From Polyangiales bacterium (GTDB lineage: Bacteria; Myxococcota_A; Polyangia; Polyangiales; Ga0077539), in the NCBI GenBank assembly GCA_044229975.1, contig JBGARZ010000001.1, forward strand, positions 64,001 to 128,000: a stretch of DNA of 64,000 nt, in the 5' to 3' direction. A program made the translations under genes and the position numbers. Within the stretch, counting starts at the first letter, position 1; each line of letters begins with the position of its first letter. The notes below the pieces were generated by a model. The model was given only the letters and a program-made list of their open reading frames with translations, was not told where the DNA came from and did no database searches. Of this stretch, positions 29,051 through 38,303 are shown in pieces.

Positions 29051-30010
29051 CTACGGGACCTTCGCCATCCACGCGTCGTCGAAGATGCGCGAGCGATAGC
29101 GGTCCCACCCGTCAGCGAGCAACGCCACCACCGGCCCGTCGACGCGACCCTCGCGCGCGACCCGCAGCGCGGCCACCACCGCGGTGCCCGACGAGCCGCC
29201 CACCAACAAGCCCTCCTCGGACACCAGCCGCCGCGCCATCTCGAAGCTCTCGCGGTCACCCACCATCTCCGCGCCGTCGATCACCGTCGGGTCCATCACC
29301 GCCGGAACCTCGCTCGACCCGATGCCCTCCACCAGATACGACCCGCCCTCGGTGGGCGCCGCGTGTCCCAGCAGCGCCGCGAGTCGGCTGCCCATCGGGT
29401 CGGCCAGCACCACCCTCACCCGCGGGTCCATGCGCTTGAGGTAGCGGCCGACGCCAGTGAGCGTTCCGCCGGTGCCGGCGCCCGCGACGAAGGCGCCGAT
29501 GCGCCCGTCGCACTGCCGCCATAGCTCGGGGCCGGTGGTCTCCTCGTGCGCGCGGGGGTTGGCCGGGTTGCGAAACTGGTCGGTGAGGAAATGCCCCGGA
29601 CGCTCCGCCGCGATGCGACGCGCCACCATCTGGAAGTTTCGCGGATCACCCGGCGGCGCGTTGTCGGTGATGACCACCTCGGCGCCCAGCGAGCGCAGCG
29701 CGGCGCGCTTCTCTTCGGACATCTTCTCGGGCATCACGCACAACAGGCGATAACCGCGCGCGCCCGCCATCAGCGCGAGCCCGATGCCCGTGTTGCCCGC
29801 CGTCGCCTCGACCAGCGTGTCGCCGCGCTTCAACACACCGCGCGCCTCCGCGTCGAGGACGATGGAGCGAGCGATGCGGTCCTTCACCGAGCCGCCGGGG
29901 TTGAGGTGCTCGCACTTCACCAACACCGGAACACGGCAGCCGTCGGTCACGCGCTGGAGGGCGACGAGGGGGGACTCGCCGATGAGGTCTTCCACGCTTC
30001 GTCGGGTCAC
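29051..30010 (-). CDS. PLP-dependent cysteine synthase / cystathionine beta-synthase family enzyme
   Basis: NPGGSVKDR, EATAGNTG, DQFRNPAN, GAGTGGT, VEGIG and GGSSG. Confidence 0.9.
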   Translation of the reverse strand: MTRRSVEDLIGESPLVALQRVTDGCRVPVLVKCEHLNPGGSVKDRIARSIVLDAEARGVLKRGDTLVEATAGNTGIGLALMAGARGYRLLCVMPEKMSEEKRAALRSLGAEVVITDNAPPGDPRNFQMVARRIAAERPGHFLTDQFRNPANPRAHEETTGPELWRQCDGRIGAFVAGAGTGGTLTGVGRYLKRMDPRVRVVLADPMGSRLAALLGHAAPTEGGSYLVEGIGSSEVPAVMDPTVIDGAEMVGDRESFEMARRLVSEEGLLVGGSSGTAVVAALRVAREGRVDGPVVALLADGWDRYRSRIFDDAWMAKVP

Positions 30011-30109
30011 CCGTGCACCGTACCGCGAGTCAGAGCTCTGCCCTCCACTCCGCCGACGCGCTCGCCATGAATTTCACCTCGGCCCGGCGCGAACTTCTAC
30101 GGTTCGTTC

Positions 30110-30508
30110 ATGGACATCGACCTTCCCGTCCCGCAGCGTCGCGGGGATTCTCGCGAAGCCGTCTCGATCCCCGCCGCCGTCTTCGCCGATGGCTTCCCAC
30201 AGCCCGTCGAGTTGGAGTGCACCAACCTCTCCAACACCGGGATGTACCTCCACGGCAACCCCTCCCTCGCCCTCGGCGAGGAGGTGCTGCTCGTCTTCAT
30301 CCCGCCGGGCACCTGGCACCGCATCTACGTCGACGCCGTGGTCGTGCGAACGATCTCCGACGAAGGACGCGGCCTCGGGCTCCAGTTCTCGCGCATGCCG
30401 CGCCACGACAACGACGTGCTCCGTAGCGCCCTCGACCACAAGCGCGAGCGCACCCGCATCTGGGACGTCGCCGTCGCCGACCTCGAGTTCGACATCGAAG
30501 CCAACTGA
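30110..30508 (+). CDS. Stand-alone PilZ domain protein
   Basis: RxxxR (RRGDSR) and N/DxSxxG (NLSNTG) c-di-GMP motifs, plus the GLGLQF terminal strand. Confidence 0.85.
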   Translation: MDIDLPVPQRRGDSREAVSIPAAVFADGFPQPVELECTNLSNTGMYLHGNPSLALGEEVLLVFIPPGTWHRIYVDAVVVRTISDEGRGLGLQFSRMPRHDNDVLRSALDHKRERTRIWDVAVADLEFDIEAN

Positions 30509-30575
30509 GGGGGCCACCGCCGATTCCGTGAGAGTCGGACCGACCACGGTCCAATCCCACGGGTGGAGGTCCCCG

Positions 30576-31571
30576 ATGCGTCGCCTGCGACACCCCACTC
30601 TCCCGCTCGCACTCCTCTTCATCGCCCAGGGCTGTACGTCCATCATCGTCGTCGGTGATCGCGACGACGCGGCGACGGCCGACCAGCCGACGGTCAGCCT
30701 TGACCTCGGCCAGACCAGCGACCGGCCCGACGCGCCGCTGACTCCCGATGTGCCGTCGACCTCAGACGTCCCCGACGTACTGGCGGTTCGTGATGCGGCC
30801 GACGTCCCGGACGTGACGGATACGTTTCCCTGTCGCGCAGGGCACGAGTGCGTCTTCGAAGGGGCTCCCTGCAGAATCGGGCGGGTGGAGTGCGTCGGCG
30901 GCGCGGACGGAGGATTCACGGAGGTCTGCGTGGACAACGGCCTCGCCCCCGACCGCACGCCTTGTGACGAGTACTTCGGGCCCTGCCGCCGCGGCGCGAC
31001 CTGCAACCATCTCGGTCAATGCAACGGGGGCGGCAACCTCCCGCTCGGGACCATCTGTCGCCCCTCCACGGGTCCCTGTGATCCCGCGGGGGTCTGTCTG
31101 GGTGGGTTGTCTCCGCTGTGCCCAAGCTCGATGCCCTACACGGTGGGCATGGTGTGCCGCCCCTCGACGGGCGTGTGCGACCCGGCCGAGACCTGCACCG
31201 GAACCTCCCCCGACTGCCCCGCGGATGTGTTCCTGCCGTCGAGCACGGTCTGCGCTCCGAGCACCAGCGGGTGCCCCGCGCGGACGTGCACGGGCGTCTC
31301 CGGCGCGTGTCCCGCGGACTCAGGGAGCGCCGAGGTCTGCAACAACATCGACGACGACTGCGACGGCCGCGTGGACGAAGACGTCACGATGGCCTGCTAC
31401 ACAGGGCCCACCGGCACGGCGGGCGTCGGCGTATGCCGGGCCGGGACGCAGTCGTGCGCGGCCGGAGCGTGGGGAGGTTGCGTCGGTCAGGTGATCCCGA
31501 CCCCGGAGGTCTGCGACGCCCTCGACAACGACTGCAACGGCGTCATCAACAACGGCATCACCTGCCCATGA
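30576..31571 (+). CDS. Cys-rich lipoprotein with disintegrin-like repeats and C-terminal EVCxxxDxDCxG repeats
   Basis: GGAGG RBS, lipobox AQGC, CRPSTGVCDPAETCTGTSPDCPAD, EVCNNIDDDCDGRVDE and EVCDALDNDCNG. Confidence 0.8.
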   Translation: MRRLRHPTLPLALLFIAQGCTSIIVVGDRDDAATADQPTVSLDLGQTSDRPDAPLTPDVPSTSDVPDVLAVRDAADVPDVTDTFPCRAGHECVFEGAPCRIGRVECVGGADGGFTEVCVDNGLAPDRTPCDEYFGPCRRGATCNHLGQCNGGGNLPLGTICRPSTGPCDPAGVCLGGLSPLCPSSMPYTVGMVCRPSTGVCDPAETCTGTSPDCPADVFLPSSTVCAPSTSGCPARTCTGVSGACPADSGSAEVCNNIDDDCDGRVDEDVTMACYTGPTGTAGVGVCRAGTQSCAAGAWGGCVGQVIPTPEVCDALDNDCNGVINNGITCP

Positions 31572-31597
31572 CCCCGCTCGCGCGACCCGCTGCATAG

Positions 31598-32704
31598 ATG
31601 CCCGCACGCCCGCGCGCACTCGCCGCCCTCCTCTCCGCCGTGCTCGCGCTCTCCGCGCGCGCGTCTCCCGCCCAACCACGCCCGCCCGAGTTCGTTCGCC
31701 TCGACGTGACCCGCGACGCCCGCAGCGCCCGGTGCCCCGACGCGCCCGCGATGAGCGCCCTCCTGCACGACCGCCTCCGCCGCGACGCCGTCCGCGACGA
31801 CGCGACCACCGCCGCCACCCTGCGCTTCACCCGCGAACGCACCCGCTACGTCGCCACGCTCCGCCTCCGTCGAGCGGGACTGCGCCCGACGCTCCGCCAG
31901 CTCCGCTCGGTCGGCGACGACTGCGCCCGCCTCGCCGACGCCGCCTCGCTCGTGCTCGCGCTCGCCCTCGACCCGCTGGGAGCCCTCCGCACGGCAGCCC
32001 CACCCCCAACCCCCGTCGTTGCACCCCCTCCGGAGCCGTCCCCGATCGCCGAAGCTCCCCTGGGGAGCCCTCCCGAGCCGTCCCCCGCCCCCGAACCTCC
32101 CGCGGGGAGGCCTCCGGAGCCGACCCCCGTCCGCGCCCCTCCCCTCGGGACCCCTCCCGACGCGGCAATTCGCGCATCGGCGACCGTCCAGCTCGCGGCC
32201 CTCGCGACGCTCTCGGCCGGGGTCGCACCGGGCCTCTTCGCGGACGACTTCCGCCCGGGCCTCGCGCTGCGGATCACTCCGCTCTTCGGCGCGACCGCCG
32301 TCCCCATCGAGCTCGCCATCGACGCCCCTGGATCCCTCGACGACGCCACCCGCGACGCCCGCGTCGACGCGCTGCCGATACAGCTCGGTGCGGGCATCTG
32401 CCGACGCTTCGGCCGTCGCGTGGTGGTGCCCCTCTGCGCCATGACCGCCCTCACCGTCGTCGTCGCGTCGGGCGACGGCTACGCCCCCGACCGCGCCGAC
32501 GTGGGCTTCGCGCTCGGCGTGGGCGCCCGCACGGGCGTCGAGATCCCCCTCTCGAATCGCTGGTGGTTCGTCGCGTCGGCCGACCTGCGCGCCCTCGCCC
32601 TGCGCCCGTCCCTCCAGGTCAACGGAACCGCCGGTGGCCCCCTCTGGACCGCCTCGCCCGTCGCGGCCACGCTCTCGATCGGCGTCGCATGGTCGAATCG
32701 TTGA
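31598..32704 (+). CDS. Secreted/outer-membrane protein associated with the ECF sigma factor
   Basis: Signal peptide, N-terminal domain with a Cys pair, Pro-rich PPEPSP linker, and C-terminal amphipathic strands ending IGVAWSNR. Confidence 0.72.
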   Translation: MPARPRALAALLSAVLALSARASPAQPRPPEFVRLDVTRDARSARCPDAPAMSALLHDRLRRDAVRDDATTAATLRFTRERTRYVATLRLRRAGLRPTLRQLRSVGDDCARLADAASLVLALALDPLGALRTAAPPPTPVVAPPPEPSPIAEAPLGSPPEPSPAPEPPAGRPPEPTPVRAPPLGTPPDAAIRASATVQLAALATLSAGVAPGLFADDFRPGLALRITPLFGATAVPIELAIDAPGSLDDATRDARVDALPIQLGAGICRRFGRRVVVPLCAMTALTVVVASGDGYAPDRADVGFALGVGARTGVEIPLSNRWWFVASADLRALALRPSLQVNGTAGGPLWTASPVAATLSIGVAWSNR

Positions 32705-32726
32705 GACCCATCGCGCCTTCACCCCA

Positions 32727-33299
32727 ATGGCTTCTGTGACCACCGACGCGCTCGCCCCGATCGCGCAGCCCTTCGGGGTCGCCGCGCCCTTCGACCTGGG
32801 CGATGTGTATGCGCGCGAGTTCGACTGGGTCTGGAACACCCTCCGCCGCCTCGGGGTCGCGCCGCGCAACCTGCCCGACGTGACCCATGACGTCTTCGTG
32901 GTGGTGCACCAGCGCGCCCACACCTTCGACCCGTCGCGCCCGCTCCGCCCGTGGCTCTTCGGCGTGGCCTACCGCGTCGCGCGCGATCACCTCGCGCTCG
33001 GCCGCAACCGACGCGAGTCCGTCGACGACGCCATCGAGGTGACCGACCCGTCGCCGTCGCAAGACCAGCGCGTCGCCGAGTCGCAGGCCCGCGAGCTCGT
33101 GATGGCGGCGCTCCAGCACCTCGACCTCGACCGCCGCGTCGTCTTCATCCTCCACGACATCGAGGAGCAGCCCATGCCCGAGATCGCGGCCACCCTCGAC
33201 GTCCCGGCCAAGACCCTCTACGCGCGGCTCAAGGTCGCGCGCGAACAGTTCACCGCCGCCATCCGGCGCCTTCGCCTCCAGCGGGGAGAGCACCCATGA
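32727..33299 (+). CDS. ECF RNA polymerase sigma factor
   Basis: Region 2 DVTHDVFVVV...LRPWLFGVAYR and region 4 RRVVFILHDIEE...EIAATL...TLYARL. Confidence 0.92.
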   Translation: MASVTTDALAPIAQPFGVAAPFDLGDVYAREFDWVWNTLRRLGVAPRNLPDVTHDVFVVVHQRAHTFDPSRPLRPWLFGVAYRVARDHLALGRNRRESVDDAIEVTDPSPSQDQRVAESQARELVMAALQHLDLDRRVVFILHDIEEQPMPEIAATLDVPAKTLYARLKVAREQFTAAIRRLRLQRGEHP

Positions 33300-33991
33300 G
33301 CGACCACGACCTCCCCGACCTGCCGCCCGACATCACCGCCCTCCTCGGCGCGGCCCGCGATGTCCCCGCGGCTCCCACCGTCGACCGTCGCCGCGTCGCC
33401 GCACGCCTCGCGCTCACCACCGGCGTCGCCATCCCGGCCGCCACCCTCGCGAGCACCAGGCTCGTCGCGGGCGCGTGGTTCGCCAAGGCCATCGCCGTCG
33501 CGATCGTCGCGGCCACCGCCGTCGGCGTGGCCATCGCGCTCGTCCCCTCGCCCGCTCGTCCGCGCCCGACCGCGACCGCTCCTGCGCGCCTCGCGCGTCC
33601 CCTTCTCCCCGCGCCCCAACCGACCGTCGCGCCCGTCATCGTCGCCCCGTCGCCACCCGTTGCTGTCGTCGCGCCCGCGCCCGCGCCCGTCGTCCCACCG
33701 GTCGCCGACGACACCTCACTCGAACGCGAGCTCGCCCTCATCGAGCGCGCCCACGTTGCCCTCTCGCGCGGCGCCCTCTCTGACGCCGACGAGGCCCTCG
33801 CCCGCCACGCGCGGCTCCATCCGCGCGGCCGACTGCGCCCCGAGCGCGAAGCCCTCGTCGTCCAGCGCATCGCCGCCAGCGGAGACCGCGACGCCGCCCG
33901 CTCTGCCCGCGACGCCTTCCATCGGCGCTTCCCCGCGAGCATGCTCGGCCCCGCCGTCGACCGCGCCGTCGACGACATGCCCTCCCCTTGA
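33296..33991 (+). CDS. Putative membrane anti-sigma factor with Pro-rich linker and C-terminal TPR-like domain
   Basis: ATGA overlap with the sigma gene, one TM, LERELALIERAHVAL...HPRGRLRPERE...FPAS. Confidence 0.75.
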   Translation: MSDHDLPDLPPDITALLGAARDVPAAPTVDRRRVAARLALTTGVAIPAATLASTRLVAGAWFAKAIAVAIVAATAVGVAIALVPSPARPRPTATAPARLARPLLPAPQPTVAPVIVAPSPPVAVVAPAPAPVVPPVADDTSLERELALIERAHVALSRGALSDADEALARHARLHPRGRLRPEREALVVQRIAASGDRDAARSARDAFHRRFPASMLGPAVDRAVDDMPSP

Positions 33992-34809
33992 ACCGCCCCC
34001 GCCTCGTCACCCTCGCCCGCCGCCTCGCCTTGCTCGCGCTCGCCGCGTGGCTGCTCTCCGCGGTCGGGCTCTACCTCCTCCAGCGACGCCTCGTCTTCGC
34101 GGCGCCCGCCGAGGTGATCGCCCCGACCGCTCGCGGCGCGACGCTGCTCCGCATCCCCACGGGCGCCGGATGGGACACCGCCGCCCTGCACTGGCCCGCC
34201 CCGCCGGGCGCACGAACGGTCGTTCACTTCCACGGCAACGGCGAGCAGCTCGCGTGGCAGATCGACCTCGCCGAGACGCTGCGCGCCACGGGCTACGGCG
34301 TGGTCGCCGCCGAGTACCCCGGCTATGGCCTCATGCGCGCGGTGGAGCCCACCGAGGCGTCGCTCTATGCCAGCGCCGACGCCCTCTTGCGACACCTCAA
34401 AGGCCCCCTCGGCATCCCCCGCGACCGTCTCGTCATCCAAGGGTTCTCCCTCGGAACCGGCGTCGCCTCGGAGATGGCCCGCCGCGGCCACGGATCGCGC
34501 CTCGTGCTCATCGCGCCGTACACGTCCATGAAGGACATGGGCGCCCTCCAGGCCCCGTGGCTGCCCGCGCGCTGGATGATGCACGACGCCTTCGACACCT
34601 TCTCGCGGGCCCCGCGCATCACGATGCCGACGTTGCTGCTGCACGGCGAGCTCGACCCGCTCATCCCACCGTCGATGAGCGCGACCCTGGCGCGACGCTT
34701 TCCCGACGCGCGACGTGTGCTGCTGCCGGGCGCCCACCACAACGACGTCTTCGCTCGCACGCTGGTGGAGGTCGCGACCGAGGTCAGCCGCTTCGCGCCG
34801 CCCCGGTGA
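33988..34809 (+). CDS. Alpha/beta hydrolase (ABHD17/BEM46-like)
   Basis: FHGNG, EYPGYG, GFSLG nucleophile, HGELD and GAHHND. TTG overlaps the upstream stop. Confidence 0.9.
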   Translation: MNRPRLVTLARRLALLALAAWLLSAVGLYLLQRRLVFAAPAEVIAPTARGATLLRIPTGAGWDTAALHWPAPPGARTVVHFHGNGEQLAWQIDLAETLRATGYGVVAAEYPGYGLMRAVEPTEASLYASADALLRHLKGPLGIPRDRLVIQGFSLGTGVASEMARRGHGSRLVLIAPYTSMKDMGALQAPWLPARWMMHDAFDTFSRAPRITMPTLLLHGELDPLIPPSMSATLARRFPDARRVLLPGAHHNDVFARTLVEVATEVSRFAPPR

Positions 34810-34813
34810 GGGA

Positions 34814-37417
34814 CTACTTCTTCGCCGCCATCCCCTTGAGCTGCGACAGCAGGTGCAGCGCCTCCAGCGGCGTCATCCGATCGAGCTCCACGGCCTCCAG
34901 CGCCTCGATGACCGGGTGCTCCCGCGACACCGGCGCCGGCCGCTCCTCGAAGAGCCCGATCTGCTTGGGCGCCCGCTTCATCGGTCCTTCGCCGCGCTCC
35001 AGGTCCTTCAGCATCGCCCGCGCGCGCAGCAGCACCGGCTCCGGCAGCCCCGCGATCTTCGCCACGGCCACGCCGTACGACCGACTCGCGCCACCCTCCG
35101 CCAGCTTGTGCATGAACACGATGTCGTCGCCCGACTCTCGCGCCGACACGTTGACGTTGGCCACGTGCGAGCGCGTGTCCGCCAGCGCGCACAGCTCGTG
35201 GTAGTGCGTCGCAAACATCGCCCGCGCCTTCACCGCGTCGTGCAGGTACTCCGCCACCGCCCACGCGAGGCTGAGCCCGTCGAAGGTGCTCGTCCCGCGG
35301 CCGATCTCGTCGAAGAGCACCAGCGACCGCGCCGTCGCGCCCCGCAGGATGGTCGCCGTCTCGCGCATCTCCACCATGAAGGTGCTCGCCCCACGCGCCA
35401 CGTCGTCGCTCGCCCCGACACGCGTGAAGATGCGATCGACTCTGCCCACGCGCGCCTTCGTCGCCGGAACGAAGCTCCCCGCCTGCGCCATCAACACGAT
35501 GAGCGCCACCTGCCGCATCAGCGTGCTCTTGCCCGCCATGTTGGGCCCGGTCACCAACAACAAGCGCTTGCCCTGCTGGTCGAGCGTGATGTCGTTGGGA
35601 ACAAACGCCCCCGGCTCCAACATCGTCTCCACCACCGGGTGCCGCGCATCGCGCAGGTCGATCACCCCACCGTCATCGAAGATGGGCCGCGTGTAGTCGC
35701 GCCGATGTGCCACCTCGGCGAAGGCCGAGAGCGCGTCGAGGTCGGCGAGCTGGTTGGCCAGCTTGGAGAGCTTCGCGATGGACTCGGCCACCTTCCCGCG
35801 GAGCTGCTCGAAGCGCGTGCGCTCCAGCTCGCGCGTGCGCTCCTCGGCCTCGAGGATCTCCGTCTCCAGCGAGGTGAGCTCGTCGGTGATGAAGCGCTCC
35901 CCGCCCGCGATGGTCTGCTTGCGCCGGTAGTCGCTCGGCACGAGGTGCAGGTTGGCCTTCGTCACCTCGATGAAGTAGCCGAACACCCCGTTGAACTTGA
36001 TCTTGAGCGAGCCGATGCGCGTGCGGTCGCGCTCGCGGGTCTCCATCGCGAGGATCACCCCGCGCGCGTTGGTCGCCAACGCCGTGTACTTGTCGAGCTC
36101 CGCGTCAAAGCCCGCGCGAAACACGCCGCCGTCTTCCAGCGCCGCCGGGGGACTGTCCGCGAGCGATCCTTCCAACACCGTGCAGAGCGCCGTGAGCGGG
36201 TCCATCGCGCGCAACGACCCGAGCGCCTCGCTGGCCTCGGCGTTGGCCGCCAGCGCCGCGAGCAGCGTGGGCATGCGCTTGAGTCCGTCACGCAGTGTTC
36301 CGAGGTCGCGCGGCGTCGCCACCTTCATGGTCGCCCGCACACCCAGCCGCTCGAGGTCGGGGATGAGCGCCAGCGACTCGCGCAGCGCCTGCCGCAGCTC
36401 GGGGTGGACGACCAGCGCCTCGACGGCGTCGTGCCTGCGACCGACGCGCTTCAGGTCTTGCAGCGGAAACGCCAGCCACGTCCGCAGGCGACGCGCGCCC
36501 ATCGGGGTGATGGTCTCGTCGAGGTGCGAGAGCAGCGTCCCCTTCTTGTCGCCGCGCACCGAACGAAACAGCTCCAGGTGCCCCTGCGTCGTCTCGTCGA
36601 CCTGCAGATGGTCGCGCGCCTCCAGCCGCAGCGCCCGCTGCACCGCAACCGCCGCACCCGGCTGGAAGGCCATCGCGTATCGCAGCGCCGTCGCTGCTGC
36701 CACACGCGTCCCGACGGGCAGCTCGCCGAAGCCGATGTGCAGCGACTCTTCGCCCATGGCACCCGCGAGCACCTCGCTCGCCTCCTTCGGCCCGATGGTC
36801 GCCACGGTACGAACGAACATCCGCGACAGCATCCGCACCTCGGCGCGCACGGCGTCGTGGTGTTCCTTCGGGCAGACGAGCTCGCGCACATCGAGGCGGG
36901 CGAGCTCACCCACCACGCCGAAGAGGTCGCTCACCTCGCTCGTGAACAGCTCCCCCGTCGACAGGTCGTACGCCGCGATGCACCACCCCCTGCCGCTCTC
37001 GGCCGGAACCACCGCCGCGAGAAACTGGTTGGTGCGCGCGTCGAGTGACTCCGCGTCGAGCACCAGCGCCGGGGTGAGCACCCGCACCACGCCGCGCTTG
37101 ACGATCCCCTTCGCCTTCGAAGGGTCTTCGAGCTGCTCGCAGACCGCCACGTTGTGCCCCATCTCCAGCAGCCGCGGGATGTACGCCGAGGCCGCGTGGT
37201 GGGGGATCCCACACATCGGGATGGAGTCGACCTCGTTCTTGTTGCGCGAGGTGAGCGTGAGGTCGAGGGCCTTGGCCGCGACGAGCGCGTCGTCGAAGAA
37301 GAGCTCGTAGAAGTCCCCCATGCGGAAGAAGAGCAACGCGTCGGGGTACGTCGCCTTCTCGCGGAGGTACTGCTGCATCGCGGGCGCCTGGGCGCCCTTG
37401 GACTGGGTTCCGTTCAT
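34814..37417 (-). CDS. mutS: DNA mismatch repair protein MutS
   Basis: FFRMGDFYELF, TGPNMAGKST, STFMVEM, DEIGRGTSTFDG, FATHYHEL, and clamp-binding QIGLF. Confidence 0.98.
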   Translation of the reverse strand: MNGTQSKGAQAPAMQQYLREKATYPDALLFFRMGDFYELFFDDALVAAKALDLTLTSRNKNEVDSIPMCGIPHHAASAYIPRLLEMGHNVAVCEQLEDPSKAKGIVKRGVVRVLTPALVLDAESLDARTNQFLAAVVPAESGRGWCIAAYDLSTGELFTSEVSDLFGVVGELARLDVRELVCPKEHHDAVRAEVRMLSRMFVRTVATIGPKEASEVLAGAMGEESLHIGFGELPVGTRVAAATALRYAMAFQPGAAVAVQRALRLEARDHLQVDETTQGHLELFRSVRGDKKGTLLSHLDETITPMGARRLRTWLAFPLQDLKRVGRRHDAVEALVVHPELRQALRESLALIPDLERLGVRATMKVATPRDLGTLRDGLKRMPTLLAALAANAEASEALGSLRAMDPLTALCTVLEGSLADSPPAALEDGGVFRAGFDAELDKYTALATNARGVILAMETRERDRTRIGSLKIKFNGVFGYFIEVTKANLHLVPSDYRRKQTIAGGERFITDELTSLETEILEAEERTRELERTRFEQLRGKVAESIAKLSKLANQLADLDALSAFAEVAHRRDYTRPIFDDGGVIDLRDARHPVVETMLEPGAFVPNDITLDQQGKRLLLVTGPNMAGKSTLMRQVALIVLMAQAGSFVPATKARVGRVDRIFTRVGASDDVARGASTFMVEMRETATILRGATARSLVLFDEIGRGTSTFDGLSLAWAVAEYLHDAVKARAMFATHYHELCALADTRSHVANVNVSARESGDDIVFMHKLAEGGASRSYGVAVAKIAGLPEPVLLRARAMLKDLERGEGPMKRAPKQIGLFEERPAPVSREHPVIEALEAVELDRMTPLEALHLLSQLKGMAAKK

Positions 37418-37498
37418 GCTCGTGCGCCGGGTGTGAGGGAGGGGCGCGGATGATGAACGCGCCCGCTGTCGGTGGCTACCGCGACGGGGCGTAGCCTG

Positions 37499-38302
37499 TC
37501 ACGGCGTGTGTACGGGATCGGGCTCGGCGTACATGGGCTGTGGGGGCGGCGCCGGGGTCGTCACCACCGCGTCGAGGCGGAGCCCCGCGAGGTCGCCCAC
37601 CACGGAGTCGCGCTCGTCGGCGAACACGCTCTCGCGTCCGTAGTAGGTGTACACCCGCAGCGTCCGGCGATACTCGGGCACGTATTGATCGGGCTCCCGC
37701 CGCAGCGTCGCGAGGCGGATCACCTCCACCGGATCGCGCATGTCGAGCACGACCTCCCGCACCCGCTCGCCGACGCCGAGGTGCGCGCGTCGCAGCCAGG
37801 CAGTGAGCAGACCGCGACCGGGGCCGAGCACCACCGTCGGCCGATCGCCGCGCAGGATCTCGTAGCTCCGCACGTTCTGGTACGCGCGGGTGATGGTGAC
37901 CTCCGGCGTACGCAACTCGTAGCGGCGGATGTCCGCGACGCTTCCGCTCCGTCCCCCCGGGAAGGTCAGCCGCTTCCACACGCGCAGCGGGACGAGGTTG
38001 CGGTCGTAGACGACCTCGACGTCGGTCGCGAGTGGCGACTCCTGGCGCACCGTCAGCGTGTAGAGGCAGTCGCGCCGACGCAGGCTGTAGCGCTCGGTGA
38101 GCAACCGCTCGACCGAGTACATGCCGGCGCGGAGAAACTCCGACGCGAGCACCTCCCCATCGGGGAGCGGGGCATCGCCGCAGGTCGGGTACGCGAGCAC
38201 GGGCACATGGTCGACGGCGACGTGCTTGCGTCGACAACCGGGAGCGAGGAGGAGGAGGGGAAGGAGCGAGGCGGAGAGGAGGCGACGGGAGCGAGCGAGC
38301 AA
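37499..38302 (-). CDS. Hypothetical beta-rich lipoprotein immediately downstream of the oxidase operon
   Basis: Probable TTG start 1 nt after the subunit IV stop. Lipobox LLLAPGC. Confidence 0.6.
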   Translation of the reverse strand: MLARSRRLLSASLLPLLLLAPGCRRKHVAVDHVPVLAYPTCGDAPLPDGEVLASEFLRAGMYSVERLLTERYSLRRRDCLYTLTVRQESPLATDVEVVYDRNLVPLRVWKRLTFPGGRSGSVADIRRYELRTPEVTITRAYQNVRSYEILRGDRPTVVLGPGRGLLTAWLRRAHLGVGERVREVVLDMRDPVEVIRLATLRREPDQYVPEYRRTLRVYTYYGRESVFADERDSVVGDLAGLRLDAVVTTPAPPPQPMYAEPDPVHTP

Positions 38303-38303
38303 C

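Noticed and set aside
37442..37467. GGGCGCG-N9-CGCGCCC hairpin upstream of mutS as a terminator
   Set aside because: There is no U-tract on either strand, and short GC stems are expected by chance here.
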